In this document: in pieces, positions 52,480 to 64,000 of the stretch
Numbering within the stretch: position 1 is the first letter of the stretch
Layout: every line of letters begins with the position of its first letter
Assembly: GCA_951406725.2 (NCBI GenBank)
Contig: OX597829.1
Location: forward strand, 48,174,001 to 48,238,000
Direction of reading: 5' to 3'
DNA: 64,000 nt
DNA from: Octopus vulgaris
Lineage: Eukaryota
The notes under the pieces: generated by a model
Databases searched by the model: none
What the model was told of the DNA's origin: nothing
The model's input: the letters and a program-made list of their open reading frames with translations, nothing else
Made by a program: the position numbers and the translations under genes

Positions 52480-53296
52480 CAGCATATGTGCTGCTTCTTT
52501 TAGTTTTCGTATTTTCCAGTAGTGTTCTCTGTCTATTATTTTAACTTCATCCCTCAGGGGGAGGTGGTCTCCATTTTTCCATACATGATCAGCTATACAC
52601 GATTTATCAATATCTCCCCGTGTCACAGCTTTGCGATGTTCCTCTACCCTTATGTTGAGGGGGCGGCATGTTTCACCTTTGTATAATCTATCACAGCTGC
52701 ATGGGATGGAGTACAAGCAGTTCTTGACCATATTCTCTTCTATTGGTGATTTTACTCGGAGATATTTGCGTACTTTTGAATACTGTCCTGATGTCATATG
52801 AGTCGCATATCGTTTGTATCTTTTCGGAGAGGTCTTTCACATAGGGTGGACAGTTTATCAGTTTCATCCTCCCCTTTCTTCATAATTGGAGTGGAGAGTA
52901 TGCTTTTGGGGTAGTTGTTGCTTAATAGATTGTTACTGAGCTTGATCATTTCTTGGTGGTGGGTATCACAATCACTACTTATATTCATAGCTCGATGTTT
53001 TAGGCATTGAGCAATCCCTGTCTTTACACTATATGGATGGTGGGAGTTGAAGTTAAGGCATCGTCCAGTGAAGGTCAGATTGTGGTATATGGATGTCCCG
53101 AATCCATACTTGGTGCATGTTATTAATACGTCCAGGAATGCTAGCTGATTGTGTTTTTCTTTTTTCCATTGTGAATAGTATGGATGGTTTTATTGAGTTC
53201 ACATGATTAAAAAGCACTTGGACATCTTCCTGGTGGGGCCAGAGTATGGATCAACACCACTAAAACCAACCCTATGCTGATGACACCTTTATACTC
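52480..53296 (-). mobile_element. Penelope-like element fragment (RT C-terminus plus GIY-YIG endonuclease) with an inverted 5' piece
   Basis: WPH..FTME..LAFLDVLI..LNFNSHHP, then LYSIPCSCDRLYKGETCRPLNIRVEEH..IADH..RKLKEA; YADDTFIL lies on the plus strand in 53248-53296. Confidence 0.9.
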
Positions 53297-53328
53297 TTTA
53301 CTTTTTACTTTCCTACAATATAATTAAT

Positions 53329-53741
53329 GGATCTTTTCGGTTTGAACGGCAGTTTTTAAAAATAATTTCCACGTAACTAAACACTTTTAAACTTCGTATA
53401 CTGGTAAAATGTGTTTATAAAACATCTTTTTCTCTTGGCTTCATTGAGAAAATTCTATAGTTTGTAAGATATTTGTTGTTTTTTTATTCAATTTCTGCAA
53501 TTTTAACCAATCAATGACGTCTATTGAGGTGAAAACATTCTGTGCGTATGAATATGTCCCTCGTTTAAGAAACAGATTGGGTTTATTGACATTTCTGAAG
53601 AAAAAAAATACTCTTCCTACACCCCTAACCCTAACCCTAAAACAGATTGAAATGCAATAGATCGATACTAGGGTCATAATTATGGGTGACAATTTCATAT
53701 GACACCGCTAGAAAAAACTGCCGTTCAAACCGAAAAGATCC
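53329..53741. mobile_element. Merlin-like MITE
   Basis: Same TIR; perfect TSD taattaat. Confidence 0.9.
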
Positions 53742-54299
53742 TAATTAATTACTGTATCCTATACACTGTGTCCTTGCATATTAGGTGAGTATTTCAGAAG
53801 TATTTTCACCTTTTAAACAAAAACTGTCTAACACGTTCATATATGTTTTTCAATTGAAGCACTGTGAATCGTTCTGGAAATTTATTGTTTTAATAACAAG
53901 TTTTAAAATATGGATAATCGCACGAGGGACGCAGTACGAGAACGGTTGCGCGAGGAACAGCAGCAGCAAGAAATAAAGAATCAAAATCGCACGAGGTTGA
54001 GACAGCGAAGGAACGAAATAAGCCAAGAGGAGAGGGAGCATATACAATGGCATAGGAGGAGGGAAAGAGGAAATCAGCAGAGGATAGAACAAAAAATGAG
54101 CCAGGACCCAAGAGAAGTGTACTTTGGAAAATAAGAGAGATAGAGATCAACGGAATCGAGAACACATGAGTCAAGAGCAAAGGCAGCTGTACTTAGAAAA
54201 TATGAGTAACAGAGTTGGATCTCTCTCGGCCTACCAGCAAACCACAAAATCGCACCAGCCAGCATCACCACCACCATCTCCACCACCTCCAAGCCCATC

Positions 54300-54300
54300 A

Positions 54301-54335
<35 letters not shown>

Positions 54336-54562
54336 TTATTTGTGTCTGTGTTTGTCACCTGCCCATCGTCATCATTGCTTGACAACCATGTTGATGTGCT
54401 TGATTGCCTGTAACTTAACTTAGCTGTTCAGCAAAAGCGACTGATAGAATAAGCACCAGGCTTACAGGGAATAAGTCCAGGGATCAATTTCTTCGACTAA
54501 AGGGTGGTGCTCCAGCATGGTCACCGTCAAATGACTGAAACAAGTAAAGGAATAAAAGAATA
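54300..54562 (+). mobile_element. SINE B 3' part
   Basis: Matches the B tail. Confidence 0.75.
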
Positions 54563-54907
54563 GGATCTTTTCCTTTTGAACGGCAGACAATTTCTAGTTA
54601 ACTAAACACTTTAAAACTTCGTATACTGGTAGAATGTATCAAAATAAAACATTTTTTTCACTTGGCTTTCTTGAGAAAGTTGTAATTTGTTCGTTTAACG
54701 TAGTTTAATTTTTCGAATTCTAACCAATCCTATGCTCTCTTTTGAGCTTGGATTTTCAGACGAAATATCTTACAAACTATAGAATTTTCTCAATAAAACC
54801 AAGAGAAAATGATGTTTTATAAACACATTCTACCAGTATACGAAGTTTAAAACTTTTTAGTTACCTAGAAATTATGTTACAAACTGCCGTTCAAAAGGAA
54901 AAGATCC
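54563..54907. mobile_element. Merlin-like MITE, second subfamily
   Basis: TIR ggatcttttccttttgaacggcag; TSD aaagaata/aaagatta. Confidence 0.85.
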
Positions 54908-55129
54908 AAAGATTATGAGAAAAACGTTCCGTACCACCAAACCAAAAAGATTCTTTGAGTCTGTACGATGTATTTTAAGGCTAAATAGTAATTCTGTTTA
55001 CGTTTGCGTAACTGAGATATTTTGGTTGGATCATATAGTTATCGGTTTTACAATTCTCTCTATATTTTGTAACTGCTACAATATACTTTTCTACTATAGG
55101 GATAAGTTCTGAAATTTTTGGCGGGGGAG

Positions 55130-55297
55130 GGGGATCAGTCGATTAGATCGACCTCAGTACGCAACTGGTACTAAATTTATCGAAAGGATGAAAGGCGAAG
55201 TCGACCTCGGCGGAGTCTGAATTCAGAACGTAAAGATAGACGAAATACCTCTAAGCATTTCGCCCTGCGTGCTAACGTTTCTGCCAGCTCGCTGCCT
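55130..55297 (-). mobile_element. SINE family C
   Basis: Reverse complement of the C head and body. Confidence 0.8.
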
Positions 55298-55443
55298 TAA
55301 ACTGTCACGATATATAAACATTTCTCATGTCATCAGCACACAATTTACAGATGCTTACATTTTTTATACTTTCCGTGAATTTTTCACGGGTCCATATATA
55401 TATATATATACTTTATTTAAAGCAGCAGAAAATTCAACAAAAC

Positions 55444-55481
55444 CTGTTACTCTGAGTTTCACGTTCCCGTTCGTCGGACAG
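55444..55481 (-). ncRNA. Minimal type I hammerhead motif, U4>C variant
   Basis: ctgt-CCGACGA-acg-ggaa-cgt-GAAAC-tcaga-GTA-acag. Confidence 0.75.
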
Positions 55482-55751
55482 TTTATATATATATATATAA
55501 GATTAATCAGCCGAAATTGCGAGGATGATCCGGTTCTTGACTGAAGATTGAAGGCTTCGAATGTCCCGTCCGTGTTTTTTGTATCGTCTTCTAAATGTTT
55601 TACGTTCTTGTCCCAGTTTATATTTTTCTACATATAATATATATATATTGGAGTAAACACATAAATGTGAAACAAGGTGGGAAAAAGAGTACTCAAATAC
55701 CAGAGGTAGAGTAATATGCTTTATTTAAAAGCAGCAGAAATTTAACAAAAG

Positions 55752-55789
55752 CTGTTACTCGGAGTTTCACGTTGCCGTTCGTCAGACAG
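55752..55789 (-). ncRNA. Minimal type I hammerhead ribozyme, canonical core
   Basis: ctgt-CTGACGA-acg-gcaa-cgt-GAAAC-tccga-GTA-acag; all core nucleotides, GNRA loop II, predicted cut between 55756 and 55755. Confidence 0.85.
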
Positions 55790-55811
55790 TTTTTAAATAA
55801 AGAATATATAC

Positions 55812-55854
<43 letters not shown>

Positions 55855-55867
55855 TATATATATGTCT

Positions 55868-55938
<71 letters not shown>

Positions 55939-56102
55939 TTAGAAAAATTGAGGTAATCAGATCAGATGGTTCATATTTGAAAACCCACTAGAATGGGAGC
56001 AAGCGCTAATCCGAATGATATGATATATATGTAAAAAATGTAATATATAAATAAATATCTACAAATATGAACCATCTGATCTGATTACCTCAATTTTTCT
56101 AA
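55939..56102. repeat. Perfect 41-bp inverted repeat within (TA)n
   Basis: 55939-55979 versus 56062-56102. Confidence 0.9.
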
Positions 56103-56126
56103 TATATATATATATATACACATATA

Positions 56127-56165
<39 letters not shown>

Positions 56166-56344
56166 AGAGCACTGTGTAAGCATAGGGACTGAATAACACA
56201 CACACGCTTTCACACCCTGCCACTGCTCTTTCACTCTCTCTTTCTCATACAATTTGTCTCTTAGGCACTCTCTCTCTCTCTCTTTATCTCTCTAACATAT
56301 TCACCCTCACACACTCGCATGTTGACAACACACCCCTGTAGCAA

Positions 56345-56403
56345 GGAACTACTGCTACTACTACTACAACTACCACCACCACCACCACCGCCGCCGTCGT
56401 CGG

Positions 56404-56440
<37 letters not shown>

Positions 56441-56955
56441 GCTACCACAACCGCCGCTACCACCACCACTAACACCACCACCACCAATGCCACCAATGTC
56501 ACCACTACCAATGCCACCACCACCGCCGCCGCCGCCGCCGTCGTCGGTACTACTACTACTACTGCTGCTACCACAACCGCCGCTACCACCACCACTAACA
56601 CCACCACCACCAATGCCACCAATGTCACCACTACCAATGCCACCACCACCGCCGCCGCCGCCGCCGTCGTCGGTACTACTACTACTACTACTACTACTAC
56701 TGCTGCTACCACAACCGCCGCTACCACCACCACTAACACCACCACCACCAATGCCACCAATGTCACCACTACCAATGCCACCACCACCGCCGCCGCCGCC
56801 GCCGTCGTCGGTACTACTACTACTACTGCCACCACAACCGCCGCTACCACCAATGTCACCACCACCACCAACAATGCCGCTACCCCCACACCACCACCGC
56901 CGCCGCCGTCGGTACTACTACTACTACTACTGCTACTGCTGCTACTGCTGCTGTT
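56345..56955. repeat. Higher-order trinucleotide minisatellite, ~120-bp unit, about 4.5 copies
   Basis: ccgccgtc(gtc)ggtactact anchor recurs five times. Confidence 0.92.
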
Positions 56956-57509
56956 GCTGATGTCATAGATCTTGTGTCTTGTGTCCAGAAGCAATTTAGA
57001 AAAGTAAAAAAAACCAAGAAACAAACAAACAAAAGAAAGAATGAAAACACAAGAAAAAATTTTAAAAAAACATAAAAAAAACAAATAAAAACACAACCAG
57101 CAGCAACAACATCATCATCATCATCATCAACAACAACAACAACAACAGCAGCAGCAGCAGTAGCAGCAGCAGCAGCAAAAAGAAAGTACTGCAAGATAGT
57201 TGAGCACTTGTAACCTTTAAAGTTCAAATGTCCAGGGAAACACTTTCTGACATACCCACCCAAATACTGTCAATGACACTAACCCCGCCTCCCCACCACA
57301 CACATGCATATACACACACCCATCTCCACTCGTGTGTAAAACGATCATATGGAGTCCGTGTGTGTGTGTATGCATTGGCATGCAAAGTGCAAACACAGAG
57401 GCTATCGCCTTTCCTGCTCCTACACAATATTTCTTTTATCGTTTTGTGCCGCATTGGATAGTTCTTGTTTACTACGATCTTTTGGGTTCTTTGGAAGGTT
57501 TTGTTGTGC

Positions 57510-59262
57510 ATCATTATCATCATCATCATCATCATCATCACCACCACCACCATCATCATCATCGTTTAACGTCCGTTTTCCATGCTGGCATGGGTTGGAC
57601 AGTTTGACTGAGGACTAGCAAGCCAGAAGGCTGCACAACGCTCTAATCTGATCTGGCGAGGTTTCTACAGCTGGATGCCCTTCCTAACGTCAACCACTCC
57701 AAGAGTGTAGTGGGTGATTTTTATGTGCCACCGGCACGGGAGCCAGTCAGGCGGCACTGGCATCGGCCACGTTTGGATGGTGCTTTTTACATGCTACCAG
57801 CACAGGAACCAGTCTGGGGAGTGGGGGTGGGCTGGCATCGACCATGTTCAGATGGTGCTTTTTATGTGTCACCAGCATGAAGAGCCAGTCAAGTGGCACT
57901 GGCAATGACCAACGCATGAATATTGCTTATTGCATGCCACCAGCATGGGAGCCAGTCAGGCGGCACTGGCATCGGCCACGTTTGGATGGTGCTTTTTACA
58001 TGCTACCAGCACAGGAACCAGTCTGGGGAGTGGGGCTGGTATCGACCATGTTTGGATGGTGCTTTTTATGTCAAGTGGCACTGGTAATGACCCACGCATG
58101 AATATTGCTTATTGCATGCCACCAGCACAGGAGCCAGTCTGGTGGCACTGGCATCAGCCACAACTACAATTTCCATTTGATTTCAATGTGATTGAGATTC
58201 TGATTGTGGTTTTGAGTTTGATTTTCGATTTTACTTGACTCAATATGTCTCCTCAAGCATGACGTGTTGCCTGACAATTCAAAGGTACTTTTTTAAATGG
58301 GCTGGTTATACGACACTGGTATAGGCTATGGCTGTGATCTCACTTTAATTGCCAAGTCTTCTCAATCACAGCATATCTCCAGAGGTCTCGGTCTTTCATC
58401 ATTGCTTCTGTGAGGCCCAACATTCAAAGATCATGCTTCACCACCTCATCCGATGTCTTCATGGGTCTCCCTCTTCCACGGGTTCCTTCCTCTGTTAGGG
58501 AGTGAAACTTCTTCACACAAAACATGACCTTACCAGCACATTCATCTCTCTTGCATACCACATCTGATGCTTCTTATGTCTAACATTTCTCTCAGGGCGC
58601 TTACACTCTGCCGTGTGTGCACACTGACATTACACATCTAGTGGATCATACTAGCTTAATTTCTTTCGAGCCTACATATGTTCTCAACAGTCATGGCTCA
58701 TGTTTCTCTGCCATGTAGCATGGCAGTATGCACACACATGCATCATACAGTCTACCCTTCATTCTGAGCGAGAGGCCCTTTGTCACCAGTAGAGGTAGGA
58801 GCTTTCTGAACTTTGCCCAGGCTATTCTTATTCTAGTGGCGACATTCTCTGAGCATCCACCCCCACTACTGACTTGGTCACCTATCAACTACTTCTAGTT
58901 TCTCCCCCTGGCATGTGATAGAAGCTGTTTTCTGCACATTTTCAGTGTTTATTGCCCCTCTGCATCTGTTACACACAAACTATCTTCCCAGTTAACCTTC
59001 TTTTGATATTGCTGCACCTTTTATGTGTCCATAGCTAATACTGGGTACATCTTAGAGAGGTTCTACCTACACCTTTTCTACAGATCAAGCAGGGCCATCT
59101 ACCTGAGGGGTTTGTGATTTGTTCGCCTTCCTACTTAATAGGACTTTGGTTTTTGCAACACTCTAAGGCCCTCGATTCTAAACCTTATTTCCACACCTGA
59201 AATTTCTTCTCTAGTTCTGGTAGTGATTCAGCTATGAGACCAAGCTCATCAGCATAGAAGAG
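57510..59262 (-). mobile_element. RTE-clade LINE, 5'-truncated: RT remnant (~59262-58370) continuous with a family A 3' UTR and (GAT)n tail
   Basis: YADE.., GGGCSENVATRIRIAWAKFRKLLPLL..KGRLYDACV, RGRPMKTSDEV; the UTR contains a duplication of ~180 bp. Confidence 0.85.
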
Positions 59263-59349
59263 CTTGTCTTAGATAAATAGCTCAGTTCTCCAATTCTTGG
59301 ATACAAAGGAAGCAGTTTGAACACCTCTGTTGCATCATGACTATGACAC

Positions 59350-59797
59350 CAGGGCCAGGTTAAAACCCATAGAGGCCCTAAGCACTTAAAAGGTTTTGGT
59401 GCCCTCAAGTATAAGTAAATTGTTCAAAATGTAAACAAAAATAATTCAAAATATAAACAATAATAAACCATAAAATTAATTTTTATTTTTCAAAACGAAA
59501 CAAAATTCGCAGTAAGATGGAAAATGATGTTTATTTTTGTAAGCTTCCATTTTATTTATATTTGAAAAGGTTCCTCCTTGTTTTTTTTTTGTTAATTGGA
59601 AAGTGTTCAATGACATCATTAAAATTAATTTTACATAAAACTTCTTCTATACTTAGTAGAGATAAAGTATTATGAATATTATTTTAGCAAGTTTAAAGTG
59701 ATTTCTTTTGTGCTGTAAACTATTCACCATTTCACCCCCTCCTTTCCTTGAGGCCCCAAGCACATGCTTATTTTGCTTAATGGTTAATCCAGTGCTG
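59350..59797. mobile_element. hAT-like MITE
   Basis: Degenerate TIR cagggccaggtt/aatccagtgctg; 8-bp TSD tatgacac/catgacac. Confidence 0.7.
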
Positions 59798-60264
59798 CAT
59801 GACACTCTCACAGTGTAGCATAACCAATTCTGAAAGAAGAGAGAGAGAGAGGGTGAGAGAAGGAGAGAGAAGAATTGATGCAGTGCTTGACAGGATTTCA
59901 TCCATTGACCCTATCTCTCCAACCGATTCCTGTCCTTGAGAGATGTATGGCAAATTTGCCTTTGGTGGAATTTGAATTCAAAATGCAAACACCCCAAAAT
60001 TAAGTATCTGTTACTTAAAACTAACTGATCAGCAAAGACTGATTTGACCCTTTAGTATTTAAACTGACCATATCCAGTCCAAACATTCAACCTGTTTTAT
60101 GCAAAATTGGCCAGATCCTACCTCTCAGACCTACCCAGCAATGTCATTCTAAAAATATACAATCACATCATCAAAATATCAAAGCTCTGAGATAATTCCT
60201 GATTAATTCAAAACAATGTAAATAAATAAGCATTACATTTGACAGAGTAATGATGATGATGATG

Positions 60265-60570
60265 ATCATGATCATCATCATCATCATTGTTTAACATCCA
60301 TCTTCTATACTAGCATGGGTGGGATGATTCCACAAGAGGTTGAAGCCTGCACCAGCTTCTGTGACTGTTTTGACAGGATTTTTACAGCTGGATGCCCTTC
60401 CTAACATCAACCACTCAGTAGAGTGGACTTAGTGTTTTTATGTGGTACAAGCACAGACAGGGTTAGTTTTGTCTCTGTTTTTACAGCTGGATGCCCTTCC
60501 AAATGCCAACCACTGGCAGTGTGGACTGGATGCTTTTTAAGTGGCACCTGCACTGACAGGGTCACCAAGA
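60265..60570 (-). mobile_element. Family A repeat, diverged
   Basis: Core present twice. Confidence 0.7.
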
Positions 60571-61085
60571 AGATAATAAGCATTGGAGTATGTGATCTTG
60601 TATTAGATGATGAAAGGTTATAGTGAGACTGAGAAAGAGAAACAGGTGTCTTGCTGCAGTGGAGGTACAAACTGGAGAGAGAGAGAGAAAGATCTAGATT
60701 GAAGACAGAAAGAGGTGTGCTACAACAAAGAAAATACAGGGTTACCTAACCTGAGGGAAGTGCAGGAGAAGAAGAGAGAAAGTGGGAGACTGCAGGATAG
60801 AGATGGTGGCAAAATGCCAGGGCATACTCACAAGGAACAGGGATCAGAATATAAATGGGATGGTTGAGTAAAGGAAGAGATAGATATAGATGATGGCAAG
60901 TGCCAGGGAATACCCTTGAGGATCAAAATGCCATAACATATGTAACAGGATATTGTGAAGGGAGTGTGATTAAAGAGTGTGGACATGGGGAGTGAGTGGC
61001 AAAAGACCAGGATATGTATAGTATTGGGGTGGGGGCTACTAATCCCCTGATTTATTTGAAAACTGTATACATCTAATGTACACTT

Positions 61086-61287
61086 TAACCCTTTAGCACT
61101 TGAAACAGTCATATCCGACCCAAACATTCTACTTGTTTTATTATCTTCAAACTGGCCGGATCTGGCCTTTCACACCTAGCCTACAATTTCATCATAAAAA
61201 CACAGAATCAGATCATTGAAATCTCAAAAACAATGTGAATTAATAAGCTTTATATTTGACAGAGAAATCTGAATGCTGAAGAATTAA
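61086..61287. mobile_element. piggyBac-like MITE (related copies at ~60046-60250 and ~61300-61754)
   Basis: ttaaccctttagca..tgctgaagaattaa; internal sequence shared among copies. Confidence 0.55.
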
Positions 61288-61427
61288 ACAACATTGAATG
61301 TTTGTTGCACATTTTACTCTGTCAAATCTAATCCTTATCTATTCACATTGTTTTGAATTAATTATGCATTATTTCATAGCTTTGAAATTTTAATGATGTA
61401 ATTGTTTATTTTTAGAATGACATTGTC

Positions 61428-61668
61428 AGGTAAAAAGCACCATCCGATCGTGGCTGTTTGCCAGCCTCATCTGGCACCTGTGCAGGTGGCACGTAAAAAG
61501 CACCCACTACACTCATGGAGTGGTTGGCGTTAGGAAGGGCATCCAGCCGTAGAAACACTGCCAGATCAGATTGGAGCCTGGTGCAGCCTTCTGGCTTCCC
61601 AGACCTCAGTTAAACCGTCCAACTCATGCTAGCATGGAAAACGGACGTTAAACGATGATGATGATGAT
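61428..61668 (+). mobile_element. Family A repeat inserted in a MITE
   Basis: Conserved core and (GAT)n tail. Confidence 0.9.
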
Positions 61669-62209
61669 GTGAGATGACAAAGCCAGCCAGTTTTGACAGG
61701 AAATATGTAGAAGATTTTGGCCAGATATGACTGGTTTAAGTGCTAAAGGTTTAAAGTGTACATCTCATGTGCAGTCTTGGAAAAAAAACCATGAGGTTAT
61801 TATTTCTGCATTAACCCTTTAGCATCGTATAATAATTCTGCTTGTCATTTTGTTACTTAACCCGTCAGTAATGCTTCACATGATTAGAGAAAAAGATGGA
61901 GAGAGAAAAAGGGGGAGAGAGAAGTGTTCATGACATGATGTAGAAGGAATGTAATTGTAATGCTTTCATGTCAGTAGAAGGGAAAGAGAGGAGAAAGAAA
62001 AAGGAGAGAGAAAAAGACAGAGAGAGAAAGAGAAAAAGAGAGAAGTGTCTATGATGTGAGGTAGAGGAACGTAATAATTGTGATGTTCTGATGGTAAGGT
62101 TAAAGAAAGGCAGAGAGAGGGAGGGGAGAGAGAGAGAGAGAGATGAAGGTGGTGGTGGTGGTGGTGATTGAATAGTGAACAGTGTATTTTTTAAAAATTG
62201 AACCAAGTT

Positions 62210-62604
62210 TTTCTACATCACCTATCACTTTAGACATGCACATAAGTGCATAAGTGCAATTCCGTGAAATATCCACGCATATTTACGTGGCAGATATGTG
62301 CAATTCAACTAAAAGTTGTATCATAAATATGAGTTTTTTGTTTATGGAAAAAATGGAAAAATAAGAGTGAATATTTATTTTATGAGTGCTGTGTATTAAG
62401 TCTGTAAAACTGTGCATAAAGTATAATAAAGTGTATATATAAAAATGCATTAAATTATCATCGTATTCCAGAGTAGCAGATGAGCCAGTATCTTTCCATA
62501 CAGACACAACACAGGCTTCGCTTTCAGGCTTTTTGGACAAAGTTTTCAGAAATAACCCAAAAGCTTTACCATTAATTCTGTGAAATATTCACAGGTCTCC
62601 CTAG
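62210..62604 (+). mobile_element. Possible non-autonomous Helitron
   Basis: Hairpin ctgtgaaatattcacag, then CTAG and T; 5' end uncertain. Confidence 0.4.
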
Positions 62605-63686
62605 TTCAGATTATTTTGTCAAATTTAATGCTTATTTTTTCATATAGTTTTGAATAAATCATGCATTATCTCAAAGCTTTGAGATTTTGATGATGTGATT
62701 TCTGTATTAATCCTTTAGCTTTCAGATTCCCTTTGGTGGAATTGTTATCCATCTATTTGTGATTTGTTTAGTGTAGCCATCCTCTTTATCTTGTGCATAG
62801 ATACACACTGCTGCATATTACAAAGTTGAAGGAAAATTTCTTAATCAGTGCCAGCCAAGCCTCCAAAAAATCAGACATAATTTGTTATGTCACTGTCGGA
62901 GCTCAACGCCACCATGTGGACAATATTGAAGGAAGAAACACTCTAAAACTGAATAACTATTCATAGACTGTTCGAACATTTATTCTGTTCACATTTTACA
63001 ATATGCAGTAACAGAAACAAGTGTTACATGTTATTTATACGGTATACACCTTCTTCTGGATTTGTGACCTTATAATGAGTAGCTCAAACATTTCTTTTGT
63101 TCACTTAGGGCACTGTCATACCATACCTCTGAATGCTATATATTTCTATGCTGTCAAGCAAACCTTGATTTAATGCCATCATCATTTCCTCTTATAATAA
63201 ATTACAATGTTCTATTAAGCCTTCTGAACCTTGTGTTTTATTTGCATTACAAGGTGTTATAAAAAGTCAGTTGTTATTTTAGTACCTATTCACTAAAAAT
63301 TGATGACGCCAATGCTGACTGAACTCTCTGAAATATGATGCTTATTTATTCACATTTGAATTAATCATGCATTATCTCATAGCTTTGAAATTTTGATGAT
63401 GTGGATTAGTTAGCTGTGGAAAGACATTGCTGGGTAGGGCTGAAATTACTAAATACTTTAAACTGCCTGAATATCCCTGGGTCAGAGAAATATCTAAGTG
63501 CAGAAATTGCCAAGAGAGTCAGCTGTGCAAGGATTCCAAAGCTTTGGTGAGGCTCCATGTCATTTGCAGTTTTGATGGATGGTCATTGGACCACTTGTTG
63601 AAGTTCACCTGATTACGTATATTACGCCATGATAAACCGTTAGCGCCTACACACATTTTTTTCTCTCCTTGTTTCTTTTCTGTGTA

Positions 63687-63724
63687 TCTTTCTGTCGAAG
63701 AGCGTAGGCTCGAAACGTAAAAGA
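63687..63724 (+). ncRNA. Minimal type I hammerhead-like motif, A6>U variant
   Basis: tcttt-CTGTCGA-a-gagc-gtag-gctc-GAAAC-GTA-aaaga; perfect helices I and II; palindromic ACGT helix III. Confidence 0.6.
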
Positions 63725-63960
63725 CTTTTTCTATTTTTATTCCTGAGCGCTATACTAATACATTTGTTTGTTTGTACTCCACCTGCCTTCGTCTTTTGTT
63801 TATTTTCGTAAACTTTCCCCATTAGGTATATTAGTCAGGTGTGATTATCATGAAAGGACACTTGTCTCTTTTGCGGAACCACAAAGTTACAGGGATGTAA
63901 ACAAACTAACACTGGTTGTCAAGTGGTGTAATGTAGAACAAACACAGAAACACACATACA

Positions 63961-64000
<40 letters not shown>

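Larger units (their letters stand above)
53311..55393 (+). mobile_element. Possible Helitron derivative with a RepHel N-terminal-like fragment (53910-54240), interrupted by MITEs and SINEs
   Basis: 5' tcctacaatata; R/E/Q-rich repeats (ISQEERE, MSQDPREVY, MSQEQRQLYLE); 3' hairpin ccgtgaatttttcacgg; terminal CTAG not seen. Confidence 0.4.

Noticed and set aside
55500-55560. GAAA followed by CTGAAGA (type II hammerhead order)
   Set aside because: No convincing helix II, helix III or NUH site
63427-63612. 61-aa ORF in unique sequence
   Set aside because: Short, non-ATG start, no recognisable motif or consistent splice sites

Overview
Eukaryotic, AT-rich DNA saturated with microsatellites and transposons. 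The SINE and microsatellite repertoire points to an octopus or other coleoid cephalopod (inference). No intact host gene is recognisable, and almost all listed ORFs are simple-repeat artefacts. The coding remnants all come from transposons: a 5'-truncated Ty3/Gypsy element (RT-RNaseH-integrase, PPT, 3' LTR), two R4/Dong-like elements, a Tx1/L1-like element, a Penelope-like RT/GIY-YIG fragment, and RTE and CR1-type fragments. There are also Merlin-like, hAT and piggyBac-like MITEs, Helitron-like elements and at least four tRNA-type SINE families, often nested. The main signal not shown by the ORF track is about ten type I hammerhead-ribozyme-like motifs from several short repeat families, mostly in (TA)n tracts and sometimes inside long inverted repeats. 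One 38-nt copy (55752-55789, minus) has a fully canonical core, and most copies have a self-complementary helix III that suggests dimeric cleavage. Coordinates were read by eye: ribozyme and TSD positions are near exact, and SINE/LINE ends are approximate.
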